This document shows, piece by piece, positions 1 through 11,859 of a stretch of DNA of 64,000 bases (position 1 is its first letter; each line of letters begins with the position of its first letter). A program made the position numbers and the translations under genes. The notes beneath the pieces are model-generated. The model searched no databases. It was not told the DNA's origin and saw only the letters and a list, made by a program, of their open reading frames with translations. The stretch is from Tubiluchus corallicola (Eukaryota > Animalia > Priapulida): positions 66,207-130,206 of the forward strand of contig JAQGDQ010000605.1 of assembly GCA_030141605.1 (NCBI GenBank), written 5' to 3'.

Positions 1-619
1 ACTCGCATAAATCTGTTGTGCAGAGACAGATTGTGCCTTATGGAGTTCTGAAAGAGAAACACAAAAACAATAGGCCTAGTAAAAATAATGTGTGATGGAT
101 AATTTAATACTCATTATGTTATGATCACGATTAAACTGTACTACTACTAACTCAAATTATAATCATAATCATAGTAGCTTTGTGTTGACGAAAATTAATT
201 ATTTTCATAATTATTTATAAGGGTTTTAAGTTACATAGTGATTAGTGATTACCTTTGAAAAAATCTATAAAAGTGAGCTACTAGACGTAGGCTATTACTA
301 GAAGTCTAGAATTAGATATTACGACCGTAGCCTATTATTTCATTTGAATTCAATTAATTTGAGTTAACAGTTAACTACAGTTTTACAACAGGTTTCAAAT
401 GATGGTACATAAAAGAGATATTACCAATAACGTGTGTTTGTCAACGTGTTAAAATAAACAACATTAGATTGTGTATATTTTAGGGAAACCAAGGAAGCCG
501 CAGCTTATAGGTGCCACTCAGAGGGCCTTATGATGATGCTTAAGAAGATAATTACGACAGTTTATGACTAAAATTCTGCAAGTTTTATTAACAAATTATA
601 CAACAATTCAAATGCTTAC

Positions 620-1012
620 CTTCCAGCCTGCAGAACTATTACTGTCTCCTTTGTCTTTAAAATACGGGACATTTCTTACCATCCAATCATATATCTGTGA
701 CAATGTCAATCTTTGATCAGGAGAACCTTGTATAGCTTTTGTGATGAGGTCAGCGTATGACATATTACCCCACGCATTTCTTCTTGACGAGTTCTTCTTG
801 GCACTCAGCTGACCGTCAGCGTTCCCCAACTCCAAACCCGGAGGTGGTGTGCCAGACGGATCTTCATTTTCCTGTTTCACTTTAGGCCAATTTTCTGGTC
901 TTGGCATGGGCCACGTATTCGAACGCAGCCTGGGCTCAGGGTCACCAAAGTGTGGGTCAATTTCACCGTTCAGCGCGTAGGGATCAAAAATGCTCGGGAT
1001 ATTACTCATCAT
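620..1012 (-). CDS. FoxO: Forkhead box O transcription factor, first coding exon (gene continues beyond the left edge of the window)
   Basis: ccgccATG at 1012; Akt-type site RLRSNTWP; N-terminal half of the forkhead domain [60 protein letters not shown], followed by donor AAG|GTAAGC at the conserved FoxO intron position. Confidence 0.97.
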
Positions 1013-1284
1013 GGCGGTCAGCGGCGTTACGGACTTTGATGAACTACACACAGAAGCGTACACTCTCGTCCATGAAATCACAGTAACACGATTCTGTCAA
1101 ATATCCACGCTTACACGCGACTAAATAACGTACTGCGCGCATCGCTGTTAAAAGCACTAGAAACCAGTTAAAAACGCCGTGTTTTCTCTGATGCTTTACA
1201 GGGTATTAGTTCACAAATTCAGAGATAATACCTCAAACTACACAATACAGTATTCGATATATCGACTGTACGCATGGACTTCAT

Positions 1285-1410
1285 CCAATGACGTCACGAT
1301 TGCGTATAAGGCAGCAGAAAATTAAATGGTGGTGCCCTCTGCAGGAGCGCAAATGTTTAAACGTAGGGCACAATCTCTGAGCCAGGATACGCGTCAGTAG
1401 CAGTGTTTAC
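1285..1410. promoter_or_regulatory. Putative FoxO proximal promoter motifs
   Basis: CCAAT overlapping a perfect CRE (TGACGTCA, 1289-1296), a CTCF-like CCTGCAGAGGGCAC (1332-1345, minus) and a Fox site TGTTTAC (1404-1410), ~280-400 bp upstream of the FoxO ATG. Motif matches only. Confidence 0.35.
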
Positions 1411-3003
1411 TAATAATACCGATTGGCTACAGAGTGTATTAAATCCTTGACAATCTACCTCATTGTCAAGGATAATCATGTAAAGTGATTAAATTAGCTT
1501 AAACTAGCTTGAACAAGTTACACATCCCCATATGCACCAATCCAAATAACACATCTCTCTTGCAAAATAATCATCGAGACACTTTACATGTTAACACACA
1601 TGATATCTTGTTGATATGAAATGTTGTGAAATTTGGAAAACAAGCCAGTCAGTTCAGCAGGGAATAATGTTGACGTAATAATAGTGGTCATATTCTAAAT
1701 TTTGCCCAGACGTCTTTTAGAAAATTACCCAGGTACTACAAGCACTGAGTTTTATCTTAAAGAAAAGATCAAGGCACTCAGTATGTTGGGTTTATTTTAC
1801 TGTTATCACTTAAACTTAGAAAAATATAACAAAGAAATTTGCAAAGAACTGCCTACAAAGGATAAATTTAAAATACCTCTGAATAAAAAATTTCAGGCGT
1901 GGTGGTTGCCTCCATTGACTTGAAAATCATGAAGTAACTGGGAGAATTTGTGATCTGTCGTAAGCGTGTTTTGGCTTTCTGTAAAGGTGAGCTACTTGAA
2001 TTAATTCAAATTTCTTCAGCTTACCCAATGTCCACACAAATATATTACAAAGCTAACTAACGAATTGTTTTGCAAAAACTTATTATACGTTTATGGTTGA
2101 AGATTGGCAGTGCCCTACTTTTCTTCAAGACGAATAACGTCATTGGTGGAAGAATGGACATTGAAAATGGAAGCATCCAAGGAAGTGCTCACGATTTTAA
2201 ACTGGTTTTACTAATTACACGAGACGCTTATTTCAGTTTTGTTACTAAATCCCTCAAACACTGTTCGTGAACGTTTTTTTTAACTAAAACTAACCGCCTA
2301 GAAGGGTTGGCTTTTCCTTTAAACTACCTCAGTAGTTTAGGATGTGATTTTTGAAGCCATAACAAATGCAATTTTACTGAGCGACCGTCATCACCATGAC
2401 ATCCAATTTTTCCACTGCACAACTACAACTACAGTTCAGGTTTGGCTAGAATCGGATCAGTGGTCTCTGAGAAAGACCGTGGACAGACAGACGCGACTAA
2501 GGGTGACTAAGCTGGGAGGTCGAAGCTGAGCCCCATGTCTAACAAATTGTAGGCCTACTTTCCAGGCACTTCTTTATTTCAAATAGCAGTTAATAGATAT
2601 CACTTTCAGATAGTGAAAATACTAAAAGATGAGTAAAGAGAAATTTAATGTCAGTAGGCCTACTTGATATTTCTAATGGAGGTCGTTATATTTACCTAAA
2701 AAATATTGATATACATTGATATAAAAATATTGATATTGACATAAACATATTTTATGCTTACACCATTACACTCTTCCTACTATCTCTATCTCTTAGTGAT
2801 GCCATCTTCCTATTAAAGATTATTCACTAGCATCATTTGGTTTTGTTGTGAAAACTTGTGATTTTACACTTTTATTAAAAAAAATTGTAAATTATATTTG
2901 CCATTTAAATATTGTAATAAATTATTAAATTAGTAATAAAGAGGCACGCAGGGGTAACGTACCACTTATGTAATAAATTACATAAAGAAAACTGCATTAG
3001 AAA

Positions 3004-6000
3004 TCAATCGTTTAACTTGTTGCAATGAAGGCAAATGCTGAGTCTGTTGGCAAGAGTGAACATTTCTACAATCATGCTGAGCTTTTTGGAAACAACATCG
3101 TCTGTTCCAACGGACAACCTGTTAAAATAGAAGAAATTTTGATCAGATTTTCTTTCAATTTTAGTACAAGATAGCGAGCCATTAGTAGGTGATGCTTAAA
3201 TATTAAAATATTAAATATTTGATTTAAAGGAAAACCGGGTGATTGTGTAAACATTAGTTCAGAATAAATAATGCTCTAAAATATTGAAAACTACAATAGC
3301 TTTTTGTGAATCAAAGTTTAGATTAAATAATAATTACTTCGGATACTCAAATTTCGTTAAACTTTCAAAACTACGCACGGCTCAGTGAATCTATTAAGAT
3401 TGGCAGCGGCGCCTTTTTGTCACATTCGCGTGACCGACAAATACTGGTTAGCGAGGTGCAGATACTGCATGGTGCTACAAGAACTCGGCAAATAATAAGT
3501 TTAAGGGTTTAGCGAGGTGCAGATACTGCATGGTGCTACAGGAACTCGGCAAATAATAAGTTTAAGGGTTTAGCGAGGTGCAGATACTGCATGGTGCTAC
3601 AAGAACTCGGCAAATAATAAGTTTAAGGGTTTAGCGAGGTGCAGATACTGCATGGTGCTACAGGAACTCGGCAAATAATAAGTTTAAGGGTTTAGCGAGG
3701 TGCAGATACTGCATGGTGCTACAAGAACTCGGCAAATAATAAGTTTAAGGGTTTAGCGAGGTGCAGATACTGCATGGTACTACAAGAACTCGGCAAATAA
3801 TAAGTTTAAGGGTTTAGCGAGGTGCAGATACTGCATGGTGCGCGTCTAACAAGGGAATGACGAAACGGGAATGTCACATTGCAGAATTAACTATCTGCAC
3901 AAATGCGAAATTTGGTTCCTGCGCTAATAATTCTTTCACTTAAATCATTCTTAAAAAAAACAATATGTTCCGTTTCAATATTTTATATGACACAGTGAAT
4001 AATAAAACAATTAAATAATTTTCAGACAGTTATTGTTATTATATTATTCATTGTGTCACATCTACCAAGTTTCTACGTGTATATCTTTGTTTATAGGTAA
4101 TTGTATGTGTATGTAATTGAGTTTATTTCTATTTAAATTACTTTATTTTTTCTGCACTTCTGCTTGTACATATATTTGCACGGTGAGGATTCATGCATCA
4201 GTTTTAGAAACTGTCTAATCTAAACCAAATAAACTAGGTTTAAACTAATATTTTATGGATTAAATTGTTTTGAGCTGTAGTCTAAGATTGGGTCCAGTTT
4301 TCGTTTAACACAACATAATCAAATAATTCATAGTCAGATATGTGTGAACTGTTACCTTTTGTGTTTGGAAGCCTGAATGAATTGATAACTTATTGAAGCT
4401 GTCATTCAATTCCTTCATATGACACCTTTCTATTATATTCATTTATTCATTGTTAGTTATATTTATGTAGCATTGTGCCGTAATTCAAAATAGTCTTTAT
4501 GTAAAACTGTTCTTTTTGAAATGCCACATTTAAAACCCTCCTGTATTTGAACTACCTTCTCTGTTTTGCTCCGCATTGCGTGCAACAGCTTGATGTTTCT
4601 TCACTGTTAAATCTGCAGCTTCTGGAAGCTTCTTCGCTGTTGACCAAAACATCGGGCTATAAAAAATTTTGTTTAATTTTTTGGTAAAAAGATCTAACTA
4701 CAAAAAGTGGTTACAAATCTGGCAGAATAATAAACTTCTTGCCATGAAATTCCAATTTCATAGCACGACACATTACATATTACTGTAATTTCATGTTAGG
4801 TTTAGCATCAAAAACTACAGATGATAAGTCAAGTAGTAATGATACACAGAAACCTTCATTGTTTTCTCAATTTTCAAACCCCATGTTTGATAATGTCCAC
4901 ATACTCCTAGAGCCAGCTATTGATCCACATTTGTCTAACTTTTGGATTTTATTTCTACGTAACATTTAGTGCCAACCTTCAAACCTACCTTCTTTATGTG
5001 CCATGCTCCAAACTGCTTTTGTTGATCAATTAAAAGGTTACGCACTGCAATGCTGTAAGCTTCCATTTCCTTTAGTACTCTGTTTTTCAGTGTTGCATCT
5101 AAAAATCAAAGAATCCTGTACGTTTATTTTAACTTGGTAGTAAGTGGTTTAACTTTATAGAGTTTAACACTGTGAATCAATGATGTGTCTTAAACTTACT
5201 TGCTTAACTATAGAATTAAGAATAAATTGAAAGAAACACGAAAAGTTGAAATGATGAAGAAATATCACAGTGTTAGTAATTACGTTTTATTACTTAAAGT
5301 TGTTCACATACTTCGATTTATTCTTAATTCTAGAGAATTAGTTACCAGTATCATTTTTTTAACTTTGTTGTGTAAAAAGTGTGATCTGTTATCATCAGTG
5401 GTAACTAACACACCAGTGGTAACTAACACATCAATGGTAACTAACACATCAGTGGCAGCTAACACATCAGAAGTAATTAACACATCAGTGGTAACTAACA
5501 CATCAGAGGTAACTAACACATCAGTGGTAACTAACACATCAGAGGTAACTACCACATCAGTGGTAACTAGCACATCAGTTTAACTAACACATCAGAGGTA
5601 ACTAACGCACCAGTGGTAACTAACACATCAGAGGTAACTAACACATCAATGGTAACTAACACATCAGAGGTAACTAACGCGCCAGTGGTAACTAACACAT
5701 CAGAGGTAACTAACACATCAGTGGTAACTAACACACCAGTGGTAACTAACACATCAGTGGTAACGAATCACAAAATGTTGTATGTACCTAAGCTATCGAG
5801 CACATTTGTTGAACCACCATGAGCTCCATCTCTTTGTTCTGGTTCAGTTGGTGTCACTGAAGCACAAAACGTGTTTGTAATGGCTTCACTGTTGTGTTCA
5901 TTGTACCACTCTGCAATCTGAACGAAAAGAAATTAAATGCTTGGCTAATGGCTTCACTGTTGTGTTCATTGTACCACTCTGCAATCTGAACGAAAAGAAA

Positions 6001-7129
6001 TTAAATGCTTGGCTAATGGCTTCACTGTTGTGTTCATTGTACCACTCTGCAATCTGAACGAAAAGAAATTAAATGCTTGGCTAAAGTTTACAATCCCCCA
6101 CACACAAGAAATTAGGTGGTTTAGGATTACGGTTAGGATTAATATTACGGTTAGGATTAAGATTACGGTTAGGGTTAGGATAGTGTATTTAAATTGTGTG
6201 GGGAATTGTAAAGTCCTTCCAAATGCTTATTTCAGAAATATGCTATTAGAAATTAAGCATTTTACAAGACCCAAGGTCAAAACAATATTTTTATGATCAT
6301 AGCACATAAGTGTTCATTTAGTTTTAGTAAATTATGCATAATGCACTAGATGAACACTGGTATTAGTAAACATTCAGCAGCTTTAACGAAGTTTGAATGT
6401 CACATTTCTGATAACAGAGTAATCTTACTTTAAAATACTTTAACTTCCTTACTTTAAAATAGTTTTGGATTGTTAAGTTTTGATAACTGGATATTGTATT
6501 ACTAGTAGCACTGTAACTGAATTGGTAATGCATACTCAGAAACATCATTTTTGGAGAGCTATTACATCTCAAGATCTAAATATAAAACGTATTTTAGTAT
6601 TTTAGATACTGGTTAGATACGTTAACAATATAAGCAGGTCAGTCTAGTGTTTGAGCTTTCTGGTCTTTATACTAAAAATTCATTTTTAAATCACTGATAA
6701 TGACAATATAATTTAGCAAAACAAAACCTCAAAAGTTTGGTCTAACACTCAACAGTTGAGCCACCTAGATATTAAAAGCTTGCTCTTGTAGAAACCCACC
6801 TCTGCTGTGTTAACATGTTGACTCGTATCCGCCTCCATAAAAACCGAATTGTCTTCAAATTCCAGCTGTGGTTGTTGCTGGTTATTTGAACCATTAGATT
6901 GTTGGTCTGATATTCTGTCGAAATGGTCAGAACAAGTAGCATAATTTGATGAGTTGGCAAGGCCAGTGTCCATCGGGACAGTTGTCTGTCTGTTGAACTC
7001 CTTGTCAGTAGCATTACGCTTGATGTGAGTGGAATCGGGAGAGTAGAAAGAAATGTGATCTGTCTTGTCGAAATTAAGACCAATTATTCTCCTCATCGAT
7101 TGGTGAACATATGTTGGTTTCGAAGCCAT
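3004..7129 (-). CDS. Putative multi-exon orphan gene (~300 aa); exons 7129-6800, 6575-6453, 5917-5788, 5098-4989, then probably 4656-4556 and 3118-3004
   Basis: aaaATGG at 7129; every segment is bounded by a pyrimidine-rich AG and a GT, and phases chain without stops (0,0,1,0,2): ...VNTAE|ILRCNSSPK...NYFK|IAEWYNEHNSEAI...LDSL(D)|ATLKNRVLKEMEAYSIAVRNLLIDQQKQFGAWHIKK|... The 3' exons are ambiguous (other candidates at 4906, 4352-4336, ~4210). AATAAA on the minus strand at 2871-2876. No family recognised. Confidence 0.55.
3224..3445 (+). mobile_element. TTAA-flanked MITE (T2/Kolobok-like), left-end partial copy
   Basis: Starts TTAA-AGGAAAACCGG; ~200 bp closely similar to 56511-56710 and (inverted) to 24950-25148. 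Confidence 0.75.
3446..3840. repeat. 61-bp minisatellite, ~6.5 copies
   Basis: Unit ttagcgaggtgcagatactgcatggtgctacaagaactcggcaaataataagtttaagggt, near-identical copies. Confidence 0.95.
5394..5764. repeat. 18-bp minisatellite, ~20 copies (intronic)
   Basis: Unit gtggtaactaacacatca and variants; explains the VVTNTS/LVTTDV ORFs. Confidence 0.95.
5878..6084. repeat. 68-bp tandem triplication spanning a splice acceptor
   Basis: Identical units start at 5878, 5946 and 6014. Confidence 0.95.
6087..6212. mobile_element. Small inverted-repeat element (MITE-like) with internal GGTTAGG telomere-like repeats
   Basis: tttacaatcccccacaca (6087-6104) / tgtgtggggaattgtaaa (6195-6212), 1 mismatch; interior ggttaggatta...ggttagggttagg. 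Confidence 0.6.
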
Positions 7130-7223
7130 TTTCAAATAAATTATGCGTAGTCTACTAAAAGAAAAAAATAAATGCCATTATACAGAATTAATAGAAAATT
7201 ATTAACATTTACAGGCTCATACA

Positions 7224-7593
7224 GACACACACCTCACTTTTGCACGCACATGCAGATGCATACATATGTACACACACACACACACCCACACGCACACCAC
7301 ACACACACACACCATCTCATTTTTGCACACACATGCAGATGCACACAAACGTACACACACGCACATGCGCACACACACACCTCCTCATTTTTGCACACAC
7401 ATATAGATGTACACATATGTACACACACACGCAGATGCACACGTACGTACACACATACCATCTCATTTTTTCACACACATGCAGATACACACATACGTAC
7501 ACGCATGCACGCACTCACACACACACACACCTTTTCATTTTTGCACATACATGCAGATACACACATACGTACACGCACGCACGAACACGCACA
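7224..7593. repeat. Compound (CA)n-rich repeat
   Basis: Repeated ctcatttttgcacacacatgcagat(ac)n blocks; related shorter tract at ~13970-14085. The HT-rich ORFs are artefacts of it. Confidence 0.9.
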
Positions 7594-8661
7594 CAATAAT
7601 TATTATTGTTTAGTAAGGCCTAAGATAAATGAAATCACGATTGGAATGAATATCATCATGTTCGTGTGTCGGATATTTAACACGGTCGTTAGACATTGTT
7701 TTAATTTAGACTTGAATATTGATAAGGAGCTGCTTTGTTTTAGTGATGTCGATAATGAATTCCATAGAAGCATTGCTTGCTTGGCAATGGAATTTTTCCA
7801 TACTGATTGTTTGTTAGTAAAAATTCATGAACGAGAAATAAGCAAAAAACAATTAAACAAACAAATGACAGAACCTAGAAACCAATAAACATGTGAATAA
7901 ATGACCACCTCACCAAAGCACATACGAAGAAGAAAAGAGTATAAAAATGGATGCCCTAATGGGTATTTGCTGTGTTTCTGGCATAGCTGGGGCTTTCCAA
8001 ACCCGAGGCACTGAATTTAATGACAATTACAATTATATTTTCTAGTAAGCGCCAGTTATATTTTTTACTATTTAGTAACAAAGCAGCTAGGTGTGCTTAC
8101 CGAATAGATTTAGATTAGTAGATTCAATAGATTTATTTCGCAGTAAACATATACATATGCATTACATGTGCATCGATAATGAGTTTTTGTTAATACAAAA
8201 ATATGATACAATTCATGAATACTGCGCTAGAGACCTAAGAAGCTAGCTTATGGTAGCCCACTAGAATTAGTTACGAAAAAAATTACAATATATACAGATA
8301 CAATGTACAATATATACAAATATAAATACGGGTGGGAAGTAATAAAAATATTATTATACTAGAGGGGAAGTTTTTGAAAATGAAAAACAACAAATCATGA
8401 TTGAGTGATCAGTAATCAGTTGATATTAGCTCAAACTTTGGCCATAATTATGATTTGAAAATAATTTTTGAAGCAATTGGTTTTAGAAGTGAAAGATATT
8501 AAAACATTGCAGACGTTTAGTTTATAATACTGCTCTTCCTATTTGTCTTGCACAGAAAATTACGTTTTTTGACATTTTATGTGGTTGTAGCAATTCTCAT
8601 CTCTGCATAAAGTGCAAGAAAAAGAATGAAAATTATAATTTTGTTGCGGAATAATAATAAT

Positions 8662-8965
8662 CGTCTGATTAGAAATTTAAACTAAATTAGTGAGCTTTTG
8701 AAGAAGTGAAACTGTTAAACAGTTCGACAGTAAAACACTTTTTAATTTGTTTCATATTATTCTTACTATTATTAAAAGTCTTTATTAAATCCCAATTTGC
8801 AGGCATACTACGCACAACATATTAATTTTATTACATAACACAAAAATTAATTACACTAAGTTAGTTCATGAATCAAATTTAAAAAGTCGTGTTTCACTGT
8901 CGAACTATTTAACAGTTTCACTTCTTCAAAAGCTCACTAATTTAGTTTAAATTTCTAATCAGACG
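8662..8965. mobile_element. Foldback MITE with ~95-bp terminal inverted repeats
   Basis: cgtctgattagaaatttaaactaaattagtgagcttttgaagaagtgaaactgttaaa... from 8662 is matched by its reverse complement ending ...tttctaatcagacg at 8965. Confidence 0.85.
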
Positions 8966-10679
8966 GTTTACGTACATGTGCAAAGACATGTACGTATAAT
9001 CAAATGAATTTAAAGTTTTACTGAATTTCATTCATGAATTAATTTCTTTAATCTTGATTTTCTGATAATGTGATGGAGCGGATAAAATCGTCCTTTAAGG
9101 GATCAACTCTATTAATAGAATTGCACTTCGTTTCATGTGTACATGATCAACATCAGAATTATTTTTTAAAGTCCTAATAAACTCTCGTCTCTTTTTAACC
9201 GCAGCGGATACAAAAATGCTCTGTCCGCATCAACTAGTTGTCATTCAAATAACTTAGTGCTCAGGCGTCTGAAGTGCGTCGCCACATGAGTAATTTTGAT
9301 CTAATGAACGACCTGTATGATTAAAAACATGGTTAAAATTATCATGGCTTAATAAAACAATTCAAACCAATGTCTCTTAACTGCTTGTTTTTGACAGTAG
9401 ATGACACCACGGGTCTTAACCAAATTTCTGTTGGCAATATTGGCGATGGGTTTAACTAAAATTTGTTTATTCGTCGCTTTAGCAATTGTTACTCTAAAAA
9501 CATGTCCAGGTCATTTCTACAATTTAGGCTTCTGATATTAAAGTCTTCCGTGCACTTCAAGTATTCTGTAGCAGCAGCTACGTGTTACCTCACGAAGTGC
9601 TTACAGGCAGTGCTATCCTGCTTGTTTACTGATAATGTGCTACCTTCTTATAAAACAATCTCCAACAACATAATTATGTAGCTTGTATCGTTTAATCTGA
9701 AAACAAATAAGATGATTTTATATAATTTGGCTCAATTTTACGGTGAAATTGATCTAATTAACTTTAACAAAGTTTTACGCAAATTATAAAATCTAATCTC
9801 TAGCCTAATTAATCTAATCTTTTTAATAAACAAAGGTTCGGGATTTAAGAAATTAATAAATCAACTTCTATAAGTGTAATTATGAAATTATAACAACGAA
9901 TCAATGAATGACGCTAAACAATCTGTAACTGCAGTGTGCGAATGCCTGAGTGACTCCAATCTACAGGTAAGTGTACAGGTAAAAGACCGGTCACATGACC
10001 TGTTTAAAAGGAAACCAATTTATAACAGAAAAGAGGGGGCAATACAACTTTAAATCAGCACAGATAATATTAAAGGAGGACAGGATGATTTTTCATATAT
10101 TACCCCATTTTCAAGTCCGATAACAAGTATACATTTTAACACGATTAATACTGCAAAGAGCGTTTCTGAGAATTGAACAACAGATTAAAAGCTTAAGTAA
10201 CGGCGGGCGACCCCAACTATCGATGACATCACAAACTAACATAATTTTAAGCAGCAAAAATTTCACGAGCGTGTTGCACGTGTTTGCGAAAACGAAAACT
10301 GAAGTACAGTGCTATTGTAAGATACTCAATGTGTTGTACTAAAACTAGACAAGTTTTAAGATAAAAATTCAAATTTCAAATTTACCGCTGTGCTCACGGT
10401 GTCAGAAACTAACACATATGAACTGAGAGGTACAGCACCTGTTTTTGTGTAAAGCTTTTCCGAAATACAGGCTTTAGTTTAACTAGCGAACGGCGAAATG
10501 CATGTAACAGCGAAGAACTAGTGGCACGCGAAATTATGTTTGTGTGGTAATAATTCTTCCGCGTAAGTCATTTTTGAAAAAAATAGTGCGTCCTTTCAAT
10601 ATTTTAAAGCGTGGATTGTTTTGGCCTACAGTTTAAGATTGTGTCTTAGATTAAGATTTGCTTTAACAATATTCTGTCT

Positions 10680-11340
10680 TACTAAGTCATTCTTTTTACA
10701 ACTGGGGATTCTGGAAACAAATTTCATTGCAATAGCTCTCCTGGTCCAAAGGAGCGAGTCCACAAATATACTGTAGGTTTTCTCTAGGGGGGTGGAATTG
10801 CACATCAGTTGCTGCTTTCATAATATCGCCGCCATATTCCCCCAAGATGCACAATTGCTAGTTACCAGCAGACTGGGGCATACATAATAATAGGAAATAT
10901 CAATTAAGACTTTTTAGGCCTACAAAGCGATCACAGTAGTTAAATTTAGACCCTTACAGTCAAAACAGAATTTCTTTTTAATTAAAACCCAACTTTTCCA
11001 TGCCTTATCCGTTATATTTTCCAAGTGCTGCCTAAAATTTAACTTGCAGTCTATTGTAATTCGCAGTATTTTACTGTTGTCTACGTAGTTAATTTCACAA
11101 CCGACTTGCCCGGTTGGTTTAAGCATCTTCATCCATCCCGAAAGGTACACTCGGTTTTGTTGGGGCTACTATTAATTCTGCACTTTCTGTACCATTAAAT
11201 TTTGTCGATTTCCTTACAACGAAATTGAGCAGTTTCAATATAGCCAACTGCAGAGTAATTACCCACAGTGACGGAACCATCATTTGCATACTTAATTACT
11301 GCATACATTGATACGGAAATTACTTATTCTTAATAATGTA
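10680..11340 (-). mobile_element. Degenerate non-LTR retrotransposon (LINE) reverse transcriptase fragment
   Basis: Minus strand gives IKYANDG (decayed YADD, ~11290) and ILRITIDCKLNFRQHLENITDKA (RT thumb-region pattern LG..ID..L.F..H...I..KA); frameshifted. Confidence 0.7.
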
Positions 11341-11859
11341 TTTGTAACTTGCACAGCTATCTTAGTTTTTGAACAGGGCTATGTATTTGGGGCTTTAAAT
11401 TATTCCTTTTTAACGAATTTATTCAAATAAGGATTTACAGACGTAAAAGTTCTCAAAGTTATTTTCCGTAAATTCCGTTTACTATGACGTCAATGTTAAC
11501 ATACGTCATGTTTCTATTTTGAACTGTTCCAGTTCTTGGAGCTCGGCAGGGCACCTTGCAGTCCGCTGATTTTGAAAGAGTCGTGCAGACACGTTACATT
11601 AAAAACCCATAAACATTTTGTCAAGACTCAATTAGTAGAACCGGATTTTACCACCGTTCACGCTTCCACTATACGCACGACTTCCTTCTCAGAATTGTAT
11701 GTTACCAGCACGCTTATATATGTGTTAGCACCGCAGCAAATAACACCTTTTGCACGGTAATAGTGCAGGACGTTACAACGCAAAAGTTAAACTCAGTGGC
11801 TGTTAGTGAAGTAAACACATCTTGTTTATATTCTTGTTAAATATTAAGAAATTATCATA

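Noticed and set aside
1013-1081. N-terminal extension of FoxO given by the ORF track
   Set aside because: It starts at a non-ATG codon; the ATG at 1012 has a strong Kozak context and a normal distance to the first Akt site.
3446-3840. Regularly spaced repeats (also 18720, 29317, 34318, 57503, 58186) as CRISPR arrays
   Set aside because: Units are head-to-tail with no unique spacers, there are no cas genes, and the context is a spliced eukaryotic genome.
5200-5822. Mucin-like VVTNTS ORFs
   Set aside because: Translation of an 18-bp minisatellite, broken by a frameshift near 5580, lying in an intron of the minus-strand gene model.
7172-7888. His/Thr-rich 238-aa ORF and overlapping ORFs
   Set aside because: Produced by the (CA)n-rich repeat, which is open in most frames.
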